Shown one piece after another: positions 17,699 to 24,466 of a DNA stretch of 43,185 nt. Every line of letters begins with the position of its first letter. Within the stretch, counting starts at the first letter, position 1. A program made the position numbers and the translations under genes. Source of the DNA: Candidatus Dojkabacteria bacterium (GTDB lineage: Bacteria; Patescibacteriota; Dojkabacteria; J137); the NCBI GenBank assembly GCA_047445235.1, contig JBLGEO010000085.1, positions 1 to 43,185 on the forward strand, in the 5' to 3' direction. The notes beneath the pieces are model-generated. The model did no database searches and was not told where the DNA came from. It saw nothing but the letters and a program-made list of their open reading frames with translations.

Positions 17699-18361
17699 TC
17701 AGCTAACAAATGGTTCGGCTAATTCTTTAGCCTTAGCAACATGATCCTCTGCCTTAACAAATGCAGAAGCTAACAAAACTCCATCAGCTCCAAGCTCTAA
17801 AGATTTTGCTACATCTTCTTTTGTAGAAACTCCGGCACCGATAAATACTTTTGTTTTTCCTTTTGTAGCAGCAATAAATGCGCTAACAGCTTCTGGTCTT
17901 GTTGTAACAGAAACTCCAGATCCAATTAAATCTTTAGGTTCGAAAGCAATTCCAAATGGAGTCGCTTCTAGAACTTTTGTGGCTTCTTCAACATTCTCGC
18001 AGCAAACAACCAATTGAACTCCTTTTGCCTGAATTGCTTTAATATCTTCTACAATCGAATCACTCCAAACTCTATGCTCGCTATGATTATATAAAGATGT
18101 AGAAATCCCATGAGCTATTAGATTTTCAGGTGTTGCCCAACCAGTACTACTTCCAGTAGATTTATTATCAACATGCTGAGAAATTATGTTTAAAGTTGAA
18201 TGAGTATTTTTTTCGTGAACTAAATCTAACATTGAAGGTGCGCAAACAATCTTCTGTGCAAGTTCAGGATTTGTCTCGCTTAACTTAACAACAGCATCTA
18301 AAAGCTTTCCAGCATTGTCTCCTGTAGCTTCTGCGTACGTTTTGAAATTAAGAATTAACAT
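17699..18361 (-). CDS. tpiA: triosephosphate isomerase, short archaeal-type
   Basis: The 220-aa version starts MLILNFKTY. NHSEHR supplies the catalytic His and AFEPKDLIGSG the catalytic Glu. The track ORF extends to 18433, but the 24 extra residues have no TIM counterpart. Confidence 0.85.
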   Translation of the reverse strand: MLILNFKTYAEATGDNAGKLLDAVVKLSETNPELAQKIVCAPSMLDLVHEKNTHSTLNIISQHVDNKSTGSSTGWATPENLIAHGISTSLYNHSEHRVWSDSIVEDIKAIQAKGVQLVVCCENVEEATKVLEATPFGIAFEPKDLIGSGVSVTTRPEAVSAFIAATKGKTKVFIGAGVSTKEDVAKSLELGADGVLLASAFVKAEDHVAKAKELAEPFVS

Positions 18362-18544
18362 AGAATAAAAATAATAAATTAAAATTCTTTTATGACACGT
18401 CTCTAAGCTTAACACGCCTCTAGGCCGTTTCAAAGATGCACAACGAGCATGAAATGCGAGGACATGCAGATTTGCACCTACTTGGGTAACAGCCTACTCA
18501 GAAAATTTCCTGTTTCTAAGGAATGATAACAGATCTCTTGTGAA

Positions 18545-19327
18545 ATGTTGATGAAGTTTGCTAGAATCCTTGATATGTCTACCACAAAACTATTAGCAAA
18601 GTACTCAATCCATCCAACCTTACTATTTGCATTATTAATAATATTGTTTCATCTTCATGGAAATACTGTGGAAGATAAAAGTTACGATTTTATAAAAAAA
18701 TTTCTCGATTTTCCTGAAAATAACTCCCAATCAGACTGCGAAACCATTTCCTTAGGCATCCAAAATGATCACCAAGAAGCTCTTGTGCAAATGGAGAATT
18801 CTAGAGCGGTAGTAGTATTTACCGAGTTGGACCATGCTATCTATCTAGACCCTAAGGTGAAGATTGACTATTTGGCTCAATTATTAAGAAAAACTTTAAA
18901 TGACAATGGTGCTGCTTTTAATTGTTATTTTGGTGCGTATACATACAATATGAGGTTTACTCCCTACCTACAGTTTATAAACTTAACAGATAACTCAATT
19001 TATTTGAAATACTTTTATCATCAAGTTCAATTCGTTTTAACGCTCTCAATTGATTCTGAGAGTAATTTGGAACTGCAGAATATTTCAATTGTCGCCCCTA
19101 ATAACAAAGAAGTAAAAATGTACTCAAAGTTCACACTAGATATGAATAGCGACGAACTTAACTTCTTGGATGTTACTAATCTTATAGGAGCTGAGGGGCA
19201 GGAAGCACTTGAGTATATTAAAAGCCAAGTAAAAATATTTAGTTCTTTACCAAAATTTTTGGAAGGAGTAGGAATTTCAGAAGAAACACAAGAATTAATA
19301 AGTGACGTTCATTTACAGTTAAAATAA
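18545..19327 (+). CDS. hypothetical N-terminally anchored protein (paralog 1 of a tandem pair)
   Basis: 260 aa with one N-terminal hydrophobic helix. Shares with the next gene two conserved Cys contexts (DCETISL/DCQIIDL and FNC/LDC) and a C-terminal G(I/F)S(E/S)ET(Q/K)E motif. Confidence 0.7.
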   Translation: MLMKFARILDMSTTKLLAKYSIHPTLLFALLIILFHLHGNTVEDKSYDFIKKFLDFPENNSQSDCETISLGIQNDHQEALVQMENSRAVVVFTELDHAIYLDPKVKIDYLAQLLRKTLNDNGAAFNCYFGAYTYNMRFTPYLQFINLTDNSIYLKYFYHQVQFVLTLSIDSESNLELQNISIVAPNNKEVKMYSKFTLDMNSDELNFLDVTNLIGAEGQEALEYIKSQVKIFSSLPKFLEGVGISEETQELISDVHLQLK

Positions 19328-19330
19328 ATA

Positions 19331-20149
19331 ATGAAGGCTTTTGAAGATATAAATAGAAAAAAGATTGTTGGTGTACCTGGCTTGGTTATCTTCTTGATTA
19401 TCCTTCTGATTATTTCTCAAACACCTAGTGAAGAGAACGAGGCTAAGTTAAATTTAATAAGAGAACTGCTAGCTTTCACTCAACAAAATGAATATCCAGA
19501 TTGCCAGATAATTGACCTATATGCACCAATCAAAGAAAGGCAAAGAGATAATGATAACTTGTATTTGGAACCATCTCATATTGTTAGATATACAAACCAG
19601 TATGGTCGAGAGGAGCATATTGGAAAAGGCATTATGATTGATAAATTAAATATTGCGAGATTAGTAGACTATTTAATTACAACACCAGGAGCAGGTTTAG
19701 ATTGTAGTATTGGGGATGGAACTGTTAGAGGTGCAAACTGGATTGAAGTACAAACAATGGTTTATTCTAAACAATATTTAAGTTTGTCTTTTTTAACTAA
19801 AGGAAGACCATACGCTTTAAGTCTATTCTATACTGAAGAAAATGGTATTAAATTAGACCATATAGATCTTTATGGTGAGAATGGCGGATTTGTAATTAAG
19901 GTAAAAGAACAAGACTCAGAAGTTGTACAGGCAGTGGTTACAGAAGGAACAAATGTTGTTGAACTCTCTTTAAATCAACTATTAAATGGAGATTTTTCAT
20001 CAGTTTGGGGAGAGTATACTCAATTACAATTAAACGCAGTAAAAGATTACGTTAATAAATATACCGATATTATAAAACTTGTCGAGAAGCTGGGTTTTTC
20101 TTCAGAAACTAAAGAAATCTTCAGAGATTTTCAGACACTAGTTAAATAA
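19331..20149 (+). CDS. hypothetical N-terminally anchored protein (paralog 2 of a tandem pair)
   Basis: 272 aa, starting 3 nt after the previous stop. Same architecture and motifs as 18545..19327. Confidence 0.7.
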   Translation: MKAFEDINRKKIVGVPGLVIFLIILLIISQTPSEENEAKLNLIRELLAFTQQNEYPDCQIIDLYAPIKERQRDNDNLYLEPSHIVRYTNQYGREEHIGKGIMIDKLNIARLVDYLITTPGAGLDCSIGDGTVRGANWIEVQTMVYSKQYLSLSFLTKGRPYALSLFYTEENGIKLDHIDLYGENGGFVIKVKEQDSEVVQAVVTEGTNVVELSLNQLLNGDFSSVWGEYTQLQLNAVKDYVNKYTDIIKLVEKLGFSSETKEIFRDFQTLVK

Positions 20150-20401
20150 CTTCTCCTTATCTCCTCTTTTCAAATTCTTAATCCTAGCCTCTTCTTTAAA
20201 TGCATCTATCTTATTATCAAAAACTTTTGTATAAACAAGTTCAAACGGCATATTTGCTCTTACATATTTAGAACCTTTGCCAGATCTATGGACTTCTAGT
20301 CTTTTTTCTAAATCTTTTGCAACACCACAGTAAAAGGCTCCGTTGGAGCATTTCAAAATATATACTGTGTAAGGCGTATTAAGCTTTGAGTTCATCTGCA
20401 A
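20138..20401 (-). CDS. GIY-YIG nuclease-domain protein (UPF0213-like)
   Basis: 87 aa. YTVYILKCSNGAFYCGVAKDLEKRLEVH matches the GIY...YIG pattern of small stand-alone GIY-YIG proteins. Confidence 0.85.
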   Translation of the reverse strand: MQMNSKLNTPYTVYILKCSNGAFYCGVAKDLEKRLEVHRSGKGSKYVRANMPFELVYTKVFDNKIDAFKEEARIKNLKRGDKEKLFN

Positions 20402-21329
20402 AAACCTTTTTAAGATTTTCTAATGAATCTAAATCGTAAGAAGATGCCGTAACGACATTTTTATTAATTTTCTTTAGTTCTTTTACTTTTTCTTTCTTAA
20501 TCTTTTCATCTACTAAATCAGTCTTTGTAAGAATAAGAATTTCTGGTTTATCTGCTAATCCATCACCAATGTTCACCAACTCATCTCGAATTGTTTTATA
20601 AGCCAAAGCTAAGTCTGGGTTTTCAACAGAAATTAAATGAGCAACTAATCTAGCAGATCTTGTATGTTTAACAAATTTTGTACCAACACCTTTTCCTTCT
20701 GCTGTACCTTCAATAAGTCCAGGTAAGTCCATAAGTGTTACTTTATCCATCCTACCTTGCTGTGGAAGTAAAGTAGTAAAGGGGTAAGCTCCAATTTTAG
20801 CTTCTGCGTTTGTTAGCTCGTTTAAAATTGTAGATTTACCAGCATTTGGTAATCCGATAAAAATAATATCACTGTATAGTTCTAGAACTAATTTAGGATG
20901 CATCTCTTGCCCAGGTTTTCCTTCACCAGATTTATAAAGATCTTTTCCGTGAGCTTTTCTAAAAAATTGATTTCCTAAGCCTCCTCGTCCTCCGTTTACT
21001 ATTAATTCTCTTTGCCCATGCTTAGATATTGTATGTATTAAATTCCCTTCTTCATCATAAATCTTTGTAGTTAATGGAAGTTTAATAATAAGGTCTTCGC
21101 CATTTGCACCAGTAAGGTTATTTTTACCACCTCTTTCTCCATCTTTTGCTTTAAAAATGGTATCAAAATTAATAAATCCAAGGTCGTAAGTGTGAGTATC
21201 TCCTTCAACGTAGATATTTCCACCGTCTCCTCCGATTCCGCCACTTGGTTTTAAATCGCCACCAAAAGAAACATGACCATCGCCACCTCTTCCTGCATTA
21301 AATTGTGCTGATATTGTATCTCTAAACAT
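20379..21329 (-). CDS. obg: GTPase Obg (short form, no C-terminal TGS/extension)
   Basis: 316 aa. Gly-rich Obg fold (GRGGDGHVSF, GGIGGDGGN, GGRGGLGN), then G1 GLPNAGKST, G3 DLPGLIEG and G4 TKTD. Confidence 0.92.
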   Translation of the reverse strand: MFRDTISAQFNAGRGGDGHVSFGGDLKPSGGIGGDGGNIYVEGDTHTYDLGFINFDTIFKAKDGERGGKNNLTGANGEDLIIKLPLTTKIYDEEGNLIHTISKHGQRELIVNGGRGGLGNQFFRKAHGKDLYKSGEGKPGQEMHPKLVLELYSDIIFIGLPNAGKSTILNELTNAEAKIGAYPFTTLLPQQGRMDKVTLMDLPGLIEGTAEGKGVGTKFVKHTRSARLVAHLISVENPDLALAYKTIRDELVNIGDGLADKPEILILTKTDLVDEKIKKEKVKELKKINKNVVTASSYDLDSLENLKKVFADELKA

Positions 21330-21335
21330 GGATTG

Positions 21336-21344
21336 ATTATACCA
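21336..21344 (-). promoter_or_regulatory. extended -10 element (TGgTATAAT) placing obg on a leaderless or near-leaderless mRNA
   Basis: Minus strand reads TGGTATAATCAATCC-ATG, leaving only 6 nt between the -10 hexamer and the obg start codon. Confidence 0.4.
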
Positions 21345-21355
21345 TTACTGGTCAA

Positions 21356-21388
21356 CAAAAAGCGATTCCGCCAACGGCGGAATCGCTT
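21356..21388 (-). terminator. intrinsic terminator downstream of the PspC-domain gene
   Basis: AGCGATTCCGCC-AAC-GGCGGAATCGCT is a perfect 12-bp stem, followed on the minus strand by TTTTT. Confidence 0.75.
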
Positions 21389-21407
21389 AATCTTAACCTT
21401 TAAAGAA

Positions 21408-21620
21408 TTACATTAATTTTGCTCCAGATTCTGAAGGTAGCACTACTGCTAAGATAATGTAAATAACTACAAATGATCCAAATCCAAAGATTGAACCTAG
21501 AATGAATAATAGTCTAACAATATTAGAATCAATACCGAAGTATTTTCCTAAACCACCACAAACTCCTGTTAATACTTTGTCTGTGTCGGATCTTGTTAAT
21601 TTCTTTTCAGCATCTGCCAT
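21408..21620 (-). CDS. PspC-domain membrane protein
   Basis: 70 aa. LTRSDTDKVLTGVCGGLGKYFGIDSNIVRLLFIL is a textbook PspC domain, followed by one TM helix. Confidence 0.85.
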   Translation of the reverse strand: MADAEKKLTRSDTDKVLTGVCGGLGKYFGIDSNIVRLLFILGSIFGFGSFVVIYIILAVVLPSESGAKLM

Positions 21621-21733
21621 TATAAAAGATTAATAAATAATTAACTTATTATACACTATCCTTGTAAAGGATATCACTATACTTGACATTCATAATATAA
21701 TTAAAAGGTATTTTAATTAATTTTTCCTGATTT

Positions 21734-23518
21734 ATGGACCAGATTATTCAGATTTTAAAGTTTACTAAAAGTTTTTGGAAATATTACCTGTTCATAGGAT
21801 TTTTTATAATTCTCGTTTCTTTGCTTAACTTAGTCACTCCCATATTAAGCGGAAGTATTGTAGATGGAATTGTTAATAATATTAAAACGGGTTCAGGAGA
21901 TTTCAGCAACATCGCATTAATCCTAGGAATAATGATTTCATCAGACTTAATAATCACTCTTTTTGCGAATATTTCTGGATTTTATGGAGATATATTAGGT
22001 CAAAAGTTAAATACATTCCTAACTGCAACATTTTATAGACATGTTTTAGACTTACAAATAGAGTACTTTGATAACGAAGTAAGTGGAAAAATAATTAGTA
22101 AGTTAGAAAGAGGTATTGGCAACATTGCTGAATTTATTAACAATATGCTTAATAACTTTGTACCTTTTTTTCTAACAGCAATATTTACAATAGTTGCGTT
22201 AGCTTTTTATAGTATTGAGATTAGTGTTCTATTGCTTATTCTCTTCCCGATATACGTCATCATCAGTGAGAAGTCTTCAAAAGCATGGATTAAAAAACAA
22301 GAATCTATTAATAAAATTCAAGATAATTTACAAGGTAGAATTTTCGAATCTATATCATCTATAAGAGTAGTGAAGTCTTTCTTAAGACAAGATCTTGAAT
22401 ATACAAAATATCATGAATTTAGAAAAGATGTAGAAGTGCAGTCCAAGGCTCAGTCTAAAGAGTGGCATCTGTTCGATGTACTAAGAGGTTCAATGTTAAA
22501 TATAATCCTTTTTGGTATTTATGCTTACATTGTCTACTTTACTTTCAATGGCAGGTTTACAGTAGGACAAATGACATTACTTTTGGGATTAGTTAACCAA
22601 GCAAAGTTTCCACTTAGGGCAATGTCTTTCATTCTTGGACAAATACAAAGAGCACAGGCAGGGTCGAAGGATTTTTTTGAAGTGTTAAGAGAACCGATTA
22701 CAATTGAAGATAAAAAGGACGCAAAAGTTCTACAAAACATAGGTGGGGAACTAAAATTTGATAATGTATCTTTTGCATATAAAGAGGGTAAAGAAGTTCT
22801 AAGCGGAATAAATTTCTCAATCGACAAAGGTAAGAAGCTTGCTATCGTAGGTGAGAGCGGAGAAGGTAAATCTACAATAACTAACTTGATACTTAGATTT
22901 TACGAGCCAAAGTCCGGTAGAATTACAGTTGATAACAATGATATTAAAGATATAACTCAAAAATCTCTACATAATAATATTTCAGTAGTTCTTCAGGATT
23001 CAATACTATTTTCTGGAACAATAGAAGATAATATTAGGTATGGAAAAGAGGAAGCAACTCTAGAAGATGTTATGGCTGCTGCAAAGAAGGCAAATGCACA
23101 CGATTTTATTACTAAATTTGAGAAGGGATATGATACTCAAATTGGAGAAAGAGGAGTTAAACTTTCTGGAGGACAGAAACAAAGGATTTCAATTGCAAGA
23201 GCTATTTTAAAGAATGCACCAATCTTAATTTTGGATGAGGCAACATCATCATTGGATAGTAAAGCAGAGGCAGAGGTACAAAAAGCATTGAACGAGTTAA
23301 TGGAAGGTAAGACAACAATTATTATTGCACACAGGCTTTCCACTATAAGAAATGTAGATAAAATAATTGTTCTAAAATCTGGTGTTATAGCAGAGATGGG
23401 ATCTCCTTCAGAGCTTATTAAGAAAGATGGAATCTATGCAGAATTGGTAAAACTTCAGACTAATATTAATCAAGCGGAACCAAGTGCAAAAATGAAAGAG
23501 TTTAAACTCGTCGGGTAA
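21734..23518 (+). CDS. ABC exporter, fused permease/ATPase (MsbA/type I exporter-like)
   Basis: 594 aa with an N-terminal 6-TM-type domain. Walker A GESGEGKST, signature LSGGQKQRISIARA, Walker B ILILDEATS and H-loop IIAHRLS. Confidence 0.92.
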   Translation: MDQIIQILKFTKSFWKYYLFIGFFIILVSLLNLVTPILSGSIVDGIVNNIKTGSGDFSNIALILGIMISSDLIITLFANISGFYGDILGQKLNTFLTATFYRHVLDLQIEYFDNEVSGKIISKLERGIGNIAEFINNMLNNFVPFFLTAIFTIVALAFYSIEISVLLLILFPIYVIISEKSSKAWIKKQESINKIQDNLQGRIFESISSIRVVKSFLRQDLEYTKYHEFRKDVEVQSKAQSKEWHLFDVLRGSMLNIILFGIYAYIVYFTFNGRFTVGQMTLLLGLVNQAKFPLRAMSFILGQIQRAQAGSKDFFEVLREPITIEDKKDAKVLQNIGGELKFDNVSFAYKEGKEVLSGINFSIDKGKKLAIVGESGEGKSTITNLILRFYEPKSGRITVDNNDIKDITQKSLHNNISVVLQDSILFSGTIEDNIRYGKEEATLEDVMAAAKKANAHDFITKFEKGYDTQIGERGVKLSGGQKQRISIARAILKNAPILILDEATSSLDSKAEAEVQKALNELMEGKTTIIIAHRLSTIRNVDKIIVLKSGVIAEMGSPSELIKKDGIYAELVKLQTNINQAEPSAKMKEFKLVG

Positions 23519-23523
23519 TTATT

Positions 23524-23551
23524 TTGCAAAGGGTAAACAAGCTGATATACT
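23524..23551 (+). promoter_or_regulatory. promoter of module copy 1 (TTGCAA-N16-TGaTATACT)
   Basis: TTGCAAAGGGTAAACAAGCTGATATACT lies 32 nt upstream of ATG 23583. The 11-mer GCTGATATACT is identical to that upstream of copy 2. Confidence 0.55.
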
Positions 23552-23582
23552 GATAGAAATTATAGTATTAAGTTAATTAGTT

Positions 23583-24029
23583 ATGCTTAAGAAAGTCGTG
23601 CCCGTAATAGTTATATTGTTATTTTTAGTTGCTCTTGCAGTTTTTGTTTTCTCAACTGTTCTTAAGAACTCCACTTTAACCTACTGGGGAAATCAAACAA
23701 ATTCAAATGGATACTGGCTTCTTAAAGAGAACGAAAATGTATCAGCATACAAAGTCTTAGAACGAACAAGTGGTTTCTTAGCTGGATATACTCAAGATGA
23801 GAGTACAGATTACTTTCTAACCTTAAAACTATTAGACGACGTTACAAATAAAACCACTGATGTAAAAATTCCAAGAAACATGAATTCTGATGCAATAAAG
23901 CTTAGTATTCCAGAAATTGTTGATGAAGTTGTACATAACAACGGTGCAGCTATTTCTGTTGATATAGTGAGAGATCCAGAAACAAATAAAGACTATCTAG
24001 ATTACATAAACTTCATAAAGACACAATGA
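23583..24029 (+). CDS. module copy 1, small anchored protein A (148 aa, unknown family)
   Basis: One N-terminal hydrophobic helix. Paralog of 26938..27378, sharing YWG-N-N--G-WL-KEN, LTL-L-D-V-KT and IPR-N-D. Its stop overlaps the next start (ATGA). Confidence 0.8.
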   Translation: MLKKVVPVIVILLFLVALAVFVFSTVLKNSTLTYWGNQTNSNGYWLLKENENVSAYKVLERTSGFLAGYTQDESTDYFLTLKLLDDVTNKTTDVKIPRNMNSDAIKLSIPEIVDEVVHNNGAAISVDIVRDPETNKDYLDYINFIKTQ

Positions 24030-24466
24030 AAGCAATTATAATAATCATTTTAGGGATCATGATATTTCCACTGGCATATCTTGCTTTTCTTAACTTTAAT
24101 AGTTCAAGTGTTTTTGCAGTAAACAACTTCTCGAGTCCTGACAGTGAGCATGACCAAGTAGTTGTTGTAGAGTCTTCGAAATTATTCTTTACAAGAAATT
24201 CTCAGACTCAAAAATACGAACTAGCTTTAAAAGATGGAAGTAAGGTTAGTTTTGATCTAAATAGAGCAAATCTTCCAGATCTATTTTCAGAGTGGAAACA
24301 GACCCCACAATCCAATTCAACAATAAGCCTAGAACCGCCAACTGATTGTAAATACCTTAATATCGTAGTTAATGTTAAAGGAACGTCAATACAAGATATA
24401 GATAGTAATTTAGAAAGAATTTATTGTTCAACTAAAATCGAACCAAACTTTAGCTATATTCCATGA
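24026..24466 (+). CDS. module copy 1, small anchored protein B (146 aa, unknown family)
   Basis: One N-terminal hydrophobic helix. Paralog of 27375..27806, sharing FS(E/D)W, SNST, CKY(L/I)N and (I/L)YC(S/T). ATGA overlaps at both ends. Confidence 0.8.
   Translation: MKAIIIIILGIMIFPLAYLAFLNFNSSSVFAVNNFSSPDSEHDQVVVVESSKLFFTRNSQTQKYELALKDGSKVSFDLNRANLPDLFSEWKQTPQSNSTISLEPPTDCKYLNIVVNVKGTSIQDIDSNLERIYCSTKIEPNFSYIP

Noticed and set aside
18362-18544. GC-elevated divergent intergenic region between tpiA and the 260-aa ORF, considered as a small RNA or riboswitch
   Set aside because: I found only 3-5 bp hairpins (GCAT-GAA-ATGC, TGCA-GATT-TGCA, TTCCT-N7-AGGAA), no tRNA cloverleaf, and no SRP/6S/tmRNA hallmark motifs. 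It is most simply two back-to-back promoter regions. An Rfam scan could still be run.
23583-24466. Type IV / Tad pseudopilin interpretation of the small-small-large triad (reminiscent of tadE-tadF-tadG)
   Set aside because: None of the N-termini has a prepilin peptidase site (G followed by F/M-T-L-x-E, or the Flp G/xxxxEY type), there is no Glu at position +5, and no pilus ATPase, platform or peptidase genes are nearby. Only the size and order analogy remains.
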